NCBI GenBank assembly: GCA_965249555.1
Contig: OZ252243.1
Coordinates: 224,001-288,000, forward strand
Length of the DNA stretch: 64,000 nucleotides
Origin: Nitrosopumilus sp.
GTDB taxonomy: Archaea; Thermoproteota; Nitrososphaeria; Nitrososphaerales; Nitrosopumilaceae
Direction of reading: 5' to 3'
The translations under genes and the position numbers were made by a program. Positions 49,460 to 59,423 of this stretch are shown in pieces (positions within the stretch are counted from its first letter, which is position 1; every line of letters starts with the position of its first letter). The notes under the pieces are model-generated. The model made no database searches, had not been told where the DNA came from, and worked only from the letters and a program-made list of their open reading frames with translations.

Positions 49460-51172
49460 CTATGATGGTAATATCATATCCTCAAGCGAAGTTCCAGGAG
49501 CTACAAATGGTAATACATCTTCTTCAGGGTCAATTGGAATATCAATTACAGTTGCAACATCACTTGATAATGCAGCTTTGATTGCTTTGTCAAGCTCATC
49601 CATTGACTGCGCTCTAATTCCTTGAGCTCCATATGATTCAGCTAGTTTAACATAATCAGGAATATGACCTTGGTCTACTCCAATCATTCTTCTTTTATAG
49701 AATGTTCTTTGCCATTGTGCCACCATCCCTAATGTGTAGTTATTTAAGATAAACACGATTACTGGAATGTCTTCTTGAATAGCAGTTGCAAGGGAGTTTT
49801 CAGTCATTGCAAAGCTTCCATCCCCTGCAATATCCACTACAGGGACATCAGGACGTGCTACTTTGGCACCAATTGATGCTGGAAATCCCCAACCCATAGT
49901 GCCAAGTCCAGTCGAACTAAAGAAAGTGCCAGGTTGAATTACATCATAAAATAATGATGCCCACATTTGGTGTTGTCCTACTTCAGTAGTTACGATAGCT
50001 TCTGGAGGTAATAATTCACGGAGTTTACGTAAAATTTTTGCAGCGCCCATTTCACCTGGATGAATTTTCAAGTTTTCTTTCCAGTATGCTTTTGTCTCTT
50101 TGACATGTTTAATCCAAGTAGACTCTTCAGTTTTTTTGATGACTCTCTGTAAAAGTAATTTTATCATTATTCGAAGTGATGCTTTGACATCTCCAACTAC
50201 TGCAACCTGAGCTGTTTGATTTTTACCAATCTCTGCAGGATCTACATCCATGTGAATGATTTTAAGCCTCTTTTCAAATGCTTCAAAGGTTCCAACTGAT
50301 CTATCAGAGAATCTAGTGCCTATTGCCAACACACAATCAGCTTCTGTCATCATTTTGTTTGCCTCTGCATGTCCATGCATTCCAATTGGCCCTAATGATA
50401 AAGGATGGTTTTCAGGAAATGCGCCCTTTCCTTTGAAAGTAGTAACTACTGGAAGCATAAGCGTTTCAGCAATAGATTGTAATTCAGCAAATGCAGACGA
50501 GATAATAGTTCCGCCACCAGCTAAGATGATTGGTTTTTCTGAATTAAGTAACATATCAATTGCTTTTTCACATGCTGCAATATCAGGATCAGCCCAAGGA
50601 TGATAACCCTGAATTTTAAATTCATCAGGAAATTCCATCTCTGCTGTTCCTGTTTGAACATCTTTTGGAATATCAATAAGTACAGGTCCGGGTCTGCCAG
50701 TCTCTGCAATGTAGAATCCTTTTCTTACAGCTTCTGGAACTTCACCAGGTGTTCTTGGCTGAAATGCATATTTTACAACAGGATTTGACATTCCAATAAT
50801 ATCACTTTCTTGAAATGCATCTCGGCCAATCATATTTACTGGTACTTGGCCAGTTACTGCAATCATTGGTGCAGAATCAGCTTGAGCTGTTGCAATTCCA
50901 GTTAGTATGTTAGTGGCACCAGGTCCTGATGTTGCAAAACAAACACCTGGTTTTCGGCTTACTCTACCAAACCCATCAGCCATATGAGATGCTGACTGTT
51001 CATGTCTTGCCAAAATATGTCTAATATCACATCTAGCAAATTCATCATACATTGGAAGATTGGCACCTCCCGGTAAGCCAAACACTTGTTTGACGCCTTC
51101 TTTTTCCATAGCCGTCATCAAGGCCTTTGCACCTGTCATAGTTTCCATTTTATTTATCAAATCAATCGCCAT
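49460..51172 (-). CDS. ilvB: Acetolactate synthase large subunit (true start may be ATG at 51148)
   Basis: FGLPGG, RHEQ, SGPGATN, GQHQMW and the GDGS…NN TPP motif. Confidence 0.96.
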   Translation of the reverse strand: MAIDLINKMETMTGAKALMTAMEKEGVKQVFGLPGGANLPMYDEFARCDIRHILARHEQSASHMADGFGRVSRKPGVCFATSGPGATNILTGIATAQADSAPMIAVTGQVPVNMIGRDAFQESDIIGMSNPVVKYAFQPRTPGEVPEAVRKGFYIAETGRPGPVLIDIPKDVQTGTAEMEFPDEFKIQGYHPWADPDIAACEKAIDMLLNSEKPIILAGGGTIISSAFAELQSIAETLMLPVVTTFKGKGAFPENHPLSLGPIGMHGHAEANKMMTEADCVLAIGTRFSDRSVGTFEAFEKRLKIIHMDVDPAEIGKNQTAQVAVVGDVKASLRIMIKLLLQRVIKKTEESTWIKHVKETKAYWKENLKIHPGEMGAAKILRKLRELLPPEAIVTTEVGQHQMWASLFYDVIQPGTFFSSTGLGTMGWGFPASIGAKVARPDVPVVDIAGDGSFAMTENSLATAIQEDIPVIVFILNNYTLGMVAQWQRTFYKRRMIGVDQGHIPDYVKLAESYGAQGIRAQSMDELDKAIKAALSSDVATVIDIPIDPEEDVLPFVAPGTSLEDMILPS

Positions 51173-51204
51173 AATTTTAATGAAGTTAAAATTTTAAGCA
51201 CACT

Positions 51205-51264
51205 TTACAGTAGAACAACAACTTGCAAATTCTTGCTAACTGATCCGATTATTTCTGTGCTCAT
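51205..51264 (-). promoter_or_regulatory. Candidate ilv leader peptide MSTEIIGSVSKNLQVVVLL*
   Basis: 9 of 19 codons are Ile/Val/Leu and it ends GTT GTT GTT CTA CTG TAA; TTTATTAA box about 30 nt upstream. Confidence 0.55.
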
Positions 51265-51383
51265 TGAAATCAAAAACAAAACCAATTGATAATTAATAAA
51301 GATTCCCAGAAAAATAATCGTTATTTTGCCTAAATTGTACAGAAGACTTAAACTGATTATTTTCATATTTCAAACTGACTGTT

Positions 51384-51788
51384 TTGATAGATAGTGAAGA
51401 AATCATAAAAATTATCGAGACATTATTTCAAGCTGGAGTAACAAAAGATCTAGCTAAACTAAAAGAGATACATCTTGATGATTCTAGATTTTCAAGCTTT
51501 AGTGATTTGCCACCATATGATCTTAAAGACTATCAAACTACAATAGAATTAGAAGAGTTACGATTCATTAGCATTTCAGATTATAGTTATGAAATCAAAA
51601 ATCCCAAAATCAGTATTTTTGGGAATACTGCAATTGTGGCATTAGAGTTAATTCAGCAAGGAATGCTAGTAGATAACAAAGCATTCACAGGAGAGCACAT
51701 GAAAATTAAGGGACGTGCAACATTTGTTTTAGTTAAAGAACCAACATGGAAAATTGCACACATTCATCTCTCAAAGATTGAAGGGTAG
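51384..51788 (+). CDS. NTF2-like (SnoaL/DUF4440) protein
   Basis: GNTAIV, RATFVL and WKIAHIHLS motifs. Confidence 0.85.
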   Translation: MIDSEEIIKIIETLFQAGVTKDLAKLKEIHLDDSRFSSFSDLPPYDLKDYQTTIELEELRFISISDYSYEIKNPKISIFGNTAIVALELIQQGMLVDNKAFTGEHMKIKGRATFVLVKEPTWKIAHIHLSKIEG

Positions 51789-51789
51789 A

Positions 51790-52797
51790 CTATTTCTTTG
51801 ATGTATTAGGTTTGTTTTGATCAGGTTTGTTTTGATCAGGTTTGTTTTGATCAGGTTTGTTTTGATCAGGTTTGTTTTGATCAGGTTTGTTTTGATCAGG
51901 TTTGTTTTGATCAGGTTTGTTTTGATCAGGTTTGTTTTGAGGTTTGTTTTGAGGTTTGTTTTGATCAGGTTTGTTTTGATCAGGTTTGTTTTGATTGTTT
52001 TTCTTTTTTGGATCTTCACTGACTATTTTGTTGTACAAGTTGTATGCTTGGTCAACATTTGCATTTCCATGAACTATAGATCGTACTGCTTTAATCATTG
52101 CAACAGGATGTTCTGATTGCCAGATGTTTCGTCCCATGTCAACACCAACTGCACCACCTTTGATTGAGTTGTATGTTAATTGTAATGCATCACGTTCTGG
52201 AATTTTCTTTCCTCCTGCAACAATAATTGGAACAGGACATGATTGAACAACTTTCTCAAAATTTTCACAATAGTATGTTTTGACAATATGTGCTCCTTGC
52301 TCAGCTGCAATTCTGCATGCCAATGAAAGATATCTTGAATCTTTACCTAGGTCTTTTCCAACTGCAGTAACAGCCAATACAGGAATTCCATATTTTTCTG
52401 CTTTACTGACTAATTTCCCAAGATTTACAATAGTTTGATGCTCATATTTAGAGCCAACAAAGATAGACATTGCAAGTGCGCTAGCGTTAAGTCTAATTGC
52501 GTCTTGAATCGAAACTGTAATTTCTTCTTGAGATAAATCCTCACCAATAATACTTGAGCCGCCAGAAACTCTCAACACCATTGGAGTGTCAGTGGTTGCA
52601 GGAACACATGTTCTCTGAACACCCCTTGTAACCATTAAAGAGTCACAATATTTCAAAAGAGGCGCAATTACCTTTTTTGGATTCTCTAATTTTTCAGTTG
52701 GACCAAGAAAGTATCCATGATCAACTGCTAACATTAATGCGCGATTATTATGTGGTTTAATGATTTGTGATATTCTATTTTTTAATCCCCAGTCCAT
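51790..52797 (-). CDS. lsrF: LsrF/DhnA-family class I aldolase/thiolase with a (DQNKP)n tail
   Basis: MDWG.KNR, AVDHGYF.GP, VKTYY, AGGKK and DMGRNIWQ motifs. Confidence 0.85.
   Translation of the reverse strand: MDWGLKNRISQIIKPHNNRALMLAVDHGYFLGPTEKLENPKKVIAPLLKYCDSLMVTRGVQRTCVPATTDTPMVLRVSGGSSIIGEDLSQEEITVSIQDAIRLNASALAMSIFVGSKYEHQTIVNLGKLVSKAEKYGIPVLAVTAVGKDLGKDSRYLSLACRIAAEQGAHIVKTYYCENFEKVVQSCPVPIIVAGGKKIPERDALQLTYNSIKGGAVGVDMGRNIWQSEHPVAMIKAVRSIVHGNANVDQAYNLYNKIVSEDPKKKNNQNKPDQNKPDQNKPQNKPQNKPDQNKPDQNKPDQNKPDQNKPDQNKPDQNKPDQNKPDQNKPNTSKK
51808..51996. repeat. 15/12-bp tandem repeat AGGTTTGTTTTG(ATC), 13 units
   Basis: Eight 15-bp, two 12-bp and three 15-bp units, all in frame. Confidence 0.95.
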
Positions 52798-52843
52798 TTC
52801 TCTTCGATTTTGAAAGAATCGAAATACCTTTCTTAAGCCTTTC

Positions 52844-53872
52844 TTATTTTGTAATGATTATTTTCATGGCATTATCGCCACTACGTGCATGATCAAATGC
52901 TTTTTGAGAATCAATGATTGGGTATGTATGTGTGATTAGTTGTTTAACATCGACTTTAGAAGATTCAATGAGATCAAGTGCATCAGCAGTATCTTTGTCA
53001 GATGCAGCATAACTAGCAACAAGAGTAATCTCTTTGGAATAGATTTCACTCATATCCAAATCTAATTTTACACCTTTTGAAGGAACACCAAACATCATAA
53101 CTACACCGCCTTTACGTACCATATCAATTGCATCCTCAAGTGCATCAAGACTACTAGTTGCAACAATTGCCACATCTACTCCTCTATTCTCAGTATGATC
53201 CAAAATCCTTTGTTTTCTGTCCTCATCTAGTGAATTAATTGATTCAGTAATATTGAATTTTTTGGCAAAATCCAATCTAAAATCATTAACATCAAGACAG
53301 AATATTTTTGAGAGTTTCTTTGTCTGAGCTAACATCACATGCATCATTCCTGTAGGACCTACACCAAAAATTGCTGTAGAATCACCTTCGTAATAACGAA
53401 ATTTAGTCCATGCCCTTATACAACATGCTAGGGGTTCAATCATTGCTGCTTCCTCAAAACTTAGAGAGTCAGAAATTTTTAAAACACCACCATGTGAAAC
53501 ATTCCAGGCAGGTACAACATATTCTTCAGACAAACCACAAGGAGAAAGATTAGTTTCAGAATATTTTTGGCACATTGTTTCATTACCATGAATACACAAA
53601 TGACAATTATAGCAAGGAACATGATGATGAGTAAATACTCTGTCACCTTTTTTGAAATTTGTTACATCAGAGCCAATATCTAAAACTACACCTGCGGGTT
53701 CATGTCCTAAACGCATAGAGGGTTGTCCATATTGTCCAAAAACTTTTTCCACATCAGAGCCACAAATTCCACAAGCATGCATCTGTACTAAAATATCACC
53801 AGACTCTAACGTTGGTTTTTCTATATCATCAACAGAGATTACGGATGGTTCTTTTACAGATGCTGTTTTCAT
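52844..53872 (-). CDS. Zinc-dependent alcohol/polyol dehydrogenase
   Basis: CGSD, GHE, C..C..C…….C, EPLAC and GVGPTG motifs. Confidence 0.93.
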   Translation of the reverse strand: MKTASVKEPSVISVDDIEKPTLESGDILVQMHACGICGSDVEKVFGQYGQPSMRLGHEPAGVVLDIGSDVTNFKKGDRVFTHHHVPCYNCHLCIHGNETMCQKYSETNLSPCGLSEEYVVPAWNVSHGGVLKISDSLSFEEAAMIEPLACCIRAWTKFRYYEGDSTAIFGVGPTGMMHVMLAQTKKLSKIFCLDVNDFRLDFAKKFNITESINSLDEDRKQRILDHTENRGVDVAIVATSSLDALEDAIDMVRKGGVVMMFGVPSKGVKLDLDMSEIYSKEITLVASYAASDKDTADALDLIESSKVDVKQLITHTYPIIDSQKAFDHARSGDNAMKIIITK

Positions 53873-53913
53873 GGTAAGATATTGAAATATTGATTATAAG
53901 TAGATTAAAAAAA

Positions 53914-54207
53914 TCACACGCCAAGAATCTTCTTGAGCATTACTCTGTAATTAACTTCAGTTTTTTCACTTCCAATTGAAGGTAATGAAAAGACAAGAGT
54001 GTCTTTTTCAGCTCGAAGTGCTGTTAATTCATCATTAATTGATGCTGTAATATCATCACTGACGAGAACCAATCCAACATCAGAATCATCTGTCAATCTT
54101 TTAATTTCATCCAATGCCTTTTCTGGTGATTCAGAGATGATACCTGGAACTCCAGCCAATTGAAAACTAGTTACAAATGATTTGCTGCCAACAGTGAAGA
54201 TTTTCAT
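53914..54207 (-). CDS. atpF: A/V-type ATP synthase subunit F
   Basis: VG….VTSFQLAGV, and C-terminal KKILGV. Confidence 0.88.
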   Translation of the reverse strand: MKIFTVGSKSFVTSFQLAGVPGIISESPEKALDEIKRLTDDSDVGLVLVSDDITASINDELTALRAEKDTLVFSLPSIGSEKTEVNYRVMLKKILGV

Positions 54208-54296
54208 AGTTAAAATTTTTGTCCATTCTAATTTAACCCTTTTTGGGAGGAATTGCTTTAAGAAAGATTGATTTAGCTTGAAAAATCAATGAATTC

Positions 54297-54602
54297 ATGG
54301 TAGAAATTGACACTCAAAAAGAAATCTATCTATTCCTTCATGGAAGAATGGATCTGAAAGAAAAAGCAATGAAAGCACTCACTGCAAAAGGATTTGCAGA
54401 TGACAAAGTCATTATGGCCTTGCCAAGTAAAGTTGGAAATGTAGGAGACTATATGGCAATGTTATGGATGCCACCAAATCCAGATCATATTAAGATTCAG
54501 CAAATCACAAAAGTTGAAGAAGTAGAACCAGAAGGAATGATTGGTCTTTGGAAAGGTGTTTCAAAAGACGATATAGACACTACACCATTAGAGCAAGGTT
54601 AA
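54297..54602 (+). CDS. Hypothetical protein
   Basis: 101 aa ORF. Confidence 0.7.
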   Translation: MVEIDTQKEIYLFLHGRMDLKEKAMKALTAKGFADDKVIMALPSKVGNVGDYMAMLWMPPNPDHIKIQQITKVEEVEPEGMIGLWKGVSKDDIDTTPLEQG

Positions 54603-54859
54603 CTAAAACCAGCACCAAAATCATTACCTTTTTCTAATATATCTCCAGTATCGGAATTTTTTAATTTTCTATAAAGAAGTGTTTCATAAACGAGCTTCAT
54701 TGCATTTTCATCATCAAGGTTGCAATCTTCTTTAATTTGGTTTTTGTATTTTTCTAATTTTGTAATGTCTTGTTCATCAAGTGAGACATCATCATGAATC
54801 ATTAGATTTGCAATTTTCTCAATTTCAGAATTCTGTTGGGCTTCATCCACAAGTTTCAA
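54599..54859 (-). CDS. Hypothetical protein
   Basis: 86 aa ORF ending FGAGFS. Confidence 0.7.
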   Translation of the reverse strand: MKLVDEAQQNSEIEKIANLMIHDDVSLDEQDITKLEKYKNQIKEDCNLDDENAMKLVYETLLYRKLKNSDTGDILEKGNDFGAGFS

Positions 54860-54894
54860 TAAAATTTCTAGTTATTAACACATTCGAAGAACAT

Positions 54895-55197
54895 CTACAA
54901 ATCAGAAAGCAGTCCTGAAAGAAAATCAGCATATTCTTCATCAGAGAAAATAATTTTTTCAATTTTATTTTCTCGTTGAGCAAGCTCAGCAGATTCCAAA
55001 TGGTAACAGGTAGTCTTTCCATTTAATTGACCAAAATAAAATCCAGGGCAAGCACAATAACTACCATCAGGATCAATCCAGTGCTCCTCACCTTTCCCTA
55101 CAACTGTCCAAATTTTTCTTTGACTAGGCTCAAAAATGTGCAGTTTTACACGTCTTTCAGAAACTAATGTTTCAACTCGGTCAAAGTCTTTGTTCAC
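54895..55197 (-). CDS. SWIM Zn-finger protein
   Basis: YCAC..F…..CYHL motif. Confidence 0.8.
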   Translation of the reverse strand: MNKDFDRVETLVSERRVKLHIFEPSQRKIWTVVGKGEEHWIDPDGSYCACPGFYFGQLNGKTTCYHLESAELAQRENKIEKIIFSDEEYADFLSGLLSDL

Positions 55198-55228
55198 AAG
55201 GATTTAATCACATATCTGTAGTATAACT

Positions 55229-55981
55229 TTGATGCTACAAACTAGAATAATACCATCAAAACCTGCATTAATTCTAGAAGGTAAAAAAAAGAGCCTCATA
55301 GTTACTGACATTCACATAGGATTTGAAAATAGTCTAGCATCAAATGAGATTTTCATAGGCAAAAACTCTACAATAAATGAAACAATTCAAGAACTATCAG
55401 AAATCATAGATACGGAAAATCCGGATTCAATAATCTTGCTAGGAGATATCAAATCAAGCATTAAAAGTATTTCAAGAAATGAATGGGATGAAGTTCCAAT
55501 GTTTTTTAAAAAAATTAGAGAAAAATGTGATGTGACACTAGTTCCCGGAAACCATGATGCAAATATTCAGAAATTAGTTCCAGACAATATTTCTATGATT
55601 AGTTCAACAGGGATTGTAGAAGAAAATATTTTACTTACACATGGCCACACAATGCCATCAGAAAACTTTTCTCATGTTGATAAAATTATCATGGGCCACA
55701 TACATCCAGTATTTTTTCAAGAAGATTCTGTGATAAATGGACAAAGAGTGTGGTTGTCAATTAGGACAGAAAAAGAAAATATTTTCCCAAATAAATCAGG
55801 AGAACTAGAAATAATCGTAATTCCGTCATTTAACAAGTATTTTTATGCAACACATAGAAAAAAATACAAAAAATCAATTTCACCAATCATTGATAAAATT
55901 AAAACAGTATCCAGTGCAAGAATAGTTACACTTGATGGGACAATTATTGGAGATGAATCAATAATTGATCAAGTGATCTAA
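55229..55981 (+). CDS. Metallophosphoesterase
   Basis: DIHIG, LGD, GNHD, THGH and GHIHP motifs. Confidence 0.92.
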   Translation: MMLQTRIIPSKPALILEGKKKSLIVTDIHIGFENSLASNEIFIGKNSTINETIQELSEIIDTENPDSIILLGDIKSSIKSISRNEWDEVPMFFKKIREKCDVTLVPGNHDANIQKLVPDNISMISSTGIVEENILLTHGHTMPSENFSHVDKIIMGHIHPVFFQEDSVINGQRVWLSIRTEKENIFPNKSGELEIIVIPSFNKYFYATHRKKYKKSISPIIDKIKTVSSARIVTLDGTIIGDESIIDQVI

Positions 55982-56341
55982 TCAATCAAATTTTGTTACA
56001 AAAGTTCCTTTATGAGCACAATTAGGGCATCGTTGTGATTTTGCCCAGGTTTCTACAGTTTCAGAATATGCAATTCGTATTTTATAGGAATAACCATAAT
56101 TTTGACATGAAATGTTTGCGGAATAACTATTCTTATTCCAACTCTCGCACCAGGAACTGAAGTACTTGCAGAAACACCAGGACCTACAGTACCTACAGAA
56201 ACACCAAAAACTAAGGACTTGCTCCACTCTCCATTTGTTTGGAGTCCTAAGAAGGGGTGTTTGAGGGGACTTGTCCCCTCAATTAATGGAACTTGGCTTT
56301 TGATAGTATGCCTTAAGAATGGATATAATTTAGATATTTTA

Positions 56342-58006
56342 TTGAAATATCTGTTAATTGCACTTTTGATTATTGGTTCTGTTACAGTTACAACGGTATA
56401 TGCAGAAAGTGATAAGATACCAGCATGGGTTAAAGCAGTCGCTGGGTGGTGGGCAGAAGATAAAATTACTGATGAAGAATTTATCGAGGCTTTAGAATTT
56501 TTGATTGAATCTAATGTAATAAGCCCAGATAGTTTTAGTATTTTAAAATTAGATGAGCCTATTGCAGAACCAGTTGCAGAACCAGTTGCAGAACCAGTTG
56601 CAGAACCAGTTGCAGAACCAGTTGCAGAACCAGTTGCAGAACCAGTTGCAGAACCAGTTGCAGAACCAGAAATAATTGTTACAACAGATAAACCTAGTTA
56701 TGTTAGAGGAGAAATAATCCTAATTACAGGAGAAGTAAGTCAACTTATAGAAGAATATGTTATTCTTATCCAAGTGATATCATCAAATGGTGATTATGCT
56801 GCCATTAGTCAACATACAGTTGGTGAAGATAAAAAATTCAGCACTAGAGCATATACAGAAGGAGCATTGATGAAAGATTATGGAACATACATAGTTCGTG
56901 TTAATTATGGAGATGATATTTTAACAACAACAACATTTGAATTAAACAAACACCAAAAAACTGAAATTCGTTATGATGAGAGTGGAACTATAGGAGTGGC
57001 ATATGATGAGTTTGGAAATAAAATTCTCTATTATGGAAATGGAAACCCAAAATATGATTATGATGAGAATGAAATTAGAATAGAATATTATGAAAATGGA
57101 AATCCAAAATATGGTTATGGTGATAATGGAAGTTTCACAGAATATTATGAATATTATGAAAATGGAAATGTACTTTCTGAATATGATGAGAATGGAAATA
57201 CAATTACATATTATGAAAATGGAAATGTACTTTCTGAATTTGATGAGAATGGAAATCTAATTTCATATTATGAGAATGGAAATATAAGAAAAAAGATTGA
57301 TGAGTTTGGAAGAGTGTTTAGTTATTATGAAAATGGAAATCCAGAACGAGGAATTGATGAGAATGGAAATAAAATTACATATTATGAGAATGGAAATGTA
57401 GATACTGAATATGATGAGAATGGAAAAAGAGTTAGATATTATGAGAATGGAAATATAGAATCTGAATATGGTAAGAATGGAAATGCAATTACATATTATA
57501 AAAATGGGAATATAGAAGCTGAATATCATGCGAATGGATATGAAAAATTTTTGTATGATAAGAATGGAAATCTACGATTTGAATATTATGAGAATAGAAT
57601 TACAAAATTCGAATTTTATCCAAATGGATATGTAATGCATGAGTATGATGAGAATGGAAATCTAATTTCATATTATGAGAATCCAGAACCAGGAATAATT
57701 GTTACAACAGATAAACCTAGTTATGTTAGAGGAGAAATAATCCTAATTACAGGAGAAGTAAGTCAACTTATAGAAGAAGCACATGCTCTAACTTTCGTAT
57801 TGGTAACACCAAATGAAAATGTTGTTTCCATTGATCAGCTCACAGTTGGTGAAGATAAAAAATTCAGCACTAGTGTATATGTAGGTGTATTGATGGAAGA
57901 TTATGGAACATACATAGTTACTGTTACTTATGGTGTTGGAACAGATGATGCTTATTGGTTTTCAACAACAACGACATTTGAAATTAAACAAACACCAAAA
58001 AACTGA
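56342..58006 (+). CDS. Secreted modular repeat protein A (thaumarchaeal IPxWV domain, AEPV linker, Ig-like, YENGN/MORN-like repeats, Ig-like)
   Basis: TTG start at 56342 by homology with the paralogue at 61587; duplicated TTDKPSYVRGEIILITGEV domain. Confidence 0.85.
   Translation: MKYLLIALLIIGSVTVTTVYAESDKIPAWVKAVAGWWAEDKITDEEFIEALEFLIESNVISPDSFSILKLDEPIAEPVAEPVAEPVAEPVAEPVAEPVAEPVAEPVAEPEIIVTTDKPSYVRGEIILITGEVSQLIEEYVILIQVISSNGDYAAISQHTVGEDKKFSTRAYTEGALMKDYGTYIVRVNYGDDILTTTTFELNKHQKTEIRYDESGTIGVAYDEFGNKILYYGNGNPKYDYDENEIRIEYYENGNPKYGYGDNGSFTEYYEYYENGNVLSEYDENGNTITYYENGNVLSEFDENGNLISYYENGNIRKKIDEFGRVFSYYENGNPERGIDENGNKITYYENGNVDTEYDENGKRVRYYENGNIESEYGKNGNAITYYKNGNIEAEYHANGYEKFLYDKNGNLRFEYYENRITKFEFYPNGYVMHEYDENGNLISYYENPEPGIIVTTDKPSYVRGEIILITGEVSQLIEEAHALTFVLVTPNENVVSIDQLTVGEDKKFSTSVYVGVLMEDYGTYIVTVTYGVGTDDAYWFSTTTTFEIKQTPKN
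56564..56668 (+). repeat. 12-bp tandem repeat GCAGAACCAGTT x8.75 (AEPV)
   Basis: Perfect in-frame units. Confidence 0.95.
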
Positions 58007-58051
58007 AATTAGTTATGATGAGAATGGAACTAAAAGAAATTAATTTAAAAT

Positions 58052-58103
58052 TATAATTTTAGAAAAAAGGTAGGGTGTTTTGATTGAGATTGTTATGATT
58101 GTA
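58052..58103 (+). repeat. Intergenic hairpin repeat copy A, left half (right half at about 59431-59450)
   Basis: Aligns with copies at 61283 and 63179; split by the IS110 element. Confidence 0.85.
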
Positions 58104-58114
58104 TCCATGTGAAT

Positions 58115-58307
58115 TGTTTTTATACATTTCCTACTTTTTCGTATCCCAAGGCATAGCTTTCGCTAGAGAAGGTTTTCAATCAAAAGATGACGGACATGTA
58201 TCCATACGAGGCTTTAACCTCAATGCTATCTTCATCCCTTTATTAGGACCTATCCGCAGTTAAAAAACGAGGCTTGTCCCTCAACAATCATAACGCGACT
58301 TGCAGTC
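58115..58307 (-). ncRNA. Putative bridge/seek RNA
   Basis: Two loops, each with an internal UGAGG-N6-CCUCG hairpin; segments match the target flanks and one donor end. Confidence 0.75.
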
Positions 58308-59423
58308 CTAACTGTAATTCTGTACAAATTCTCTCCTCTCTTTTAGCATCCAGTAAATCACTCGCAGGATCTTTGATGATGCGGCAATTGCGGCCTTTGA
58401 TGAGCCTCTCTTCTTTTTAATGCGATTGTAAAATTTTGTAATGTCACTGTTCTTGGCATGTATTGTATGGGTATGGACGCATTGGATAAGGACCCATCGT
58501 AGTGTCACGCTTCCTCTTTTGGTTATACAGCCATGGTGTATCGTGTCTGCAGAGTTTCTGACTGATGGCACGACTCCTGCATATGCACATAACTTGTGAG
58601 AGTCATTGAATCTGTCAATATCTGCAATTTCTGATGCAATAACTAGTGATGCGTAATCACCAATTCCTGGCATTGATTTTATTATCATGGCATCAGGACT
58701 GGTCTTTACAGCAGCATACACTCTTGAATTAATCTCTGCAATTTGCAGATTAAGATAGTCTATCTGTCGTACAAATCCATCTATGCGATAGTCACCTAGG
58801 GAGGTGAGTCTTCTGTTGTATGTTACAGTGAACGTGACTCTTGGTATCTTGATTCCCTCCTGTAACAAAATTCCATGAACAGAATTTTTGAGAGAAGTTC
58901 TCCACTGAATGAGTTTTTTTCTGTATCTTACCAGTTGACGATGTTTTACTATCTTTTTGTTTGGAATATGGCATGTTGCAATGTATCCTCCACGCAAAAG
59001 ATCTGCCAGTATCTTGGAATCAATCTTGTCTGTCTTCTTTTTTGATGCAGCTATTGCCTTTGTAAGATACGGGTTTGAAAGTGTAACATTTTTGTATCCT
59101 AATTCATCTGTAAGAAATCTATACGTGCCATACCAGACTGATGATGACTCCATGACAATGTTTGCATGAATCGGTATGTCTGTAAAATGTTTCCTGATTG
59201 ATTCATGAGTGTTCTCAACTTTTATGTTTTGTAATATCTTTCCGTCATCATCCATTGTTGCCACTTGAAGAAATTTCTTGTGTAAGTCAATGCCAACATA
59301 CATGCCCTTGTCTTTTTTTGCCCTAATCTGTTTCTTTGGACTTTTCTTGGAATATGATGGATTACGAATCTTGGAATTAGATTCATTTCCTATGCTATCT
59401 GAATTCCTTCTTTTTGTATTCAC
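58308..59423 (-). CDS. IS110 DEDD recombinase, apparently intact (alternative start ATG at 59303)
   Basis: GIDLHK, VMES, KTDKID, PGIG and YAGVVPSVRNSA motifs. Confidence 0.95.
   Translation of the reverse strand: MNTKRRNSDSIGNESNSKIRNPSYSKKSPKKQIRAKKDKGMYVGIDLHKKFLQVATMDDDGKILQNIKVENTHESIRKHFTDIPIHANIVMESSSVWYGTYRFLTDELGYKNVTLSNPYLTKAIAASKKKTDKIDSKILADLLRGGYIATCHIPNKKIVKHRQLVRYRKKLIQWRTSLKNSVHGILLQEGIKIPRVTFTVTYNRRLTSLGDYRIDGFVRQIDYLNLQIAEINSRVYAAVKTSPDAMIIKSMPGIGDYASLVIASEIADIDRFNDSHKLCAYAGVVPSVRNSADTIHHGCITKRGSVTLRWVLIQCVHTHTIHAKNSDITKFYNRIKKKRGSSKAAIAASSKILRVIYWMLKERREFVQNYS

Noticed and set aside
55982-56227. 81 aa Cys/Trp-rich ORF as a single real gene
   Set aside because: Its N-terminal half is the antisense of a Pro/Thr linker remnant; only the C-terminal CPNC Zn-ribbon part looks genuine.
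56261-56282. Perfect hairpin TTGAGGGGAC-TT-GTCCCCTCAA as a bridge-RNA relic
   Set aside because: Similarity to the IS110 internal hairpins is short and no other element sequence flanks it; it may be an operator or terminator.
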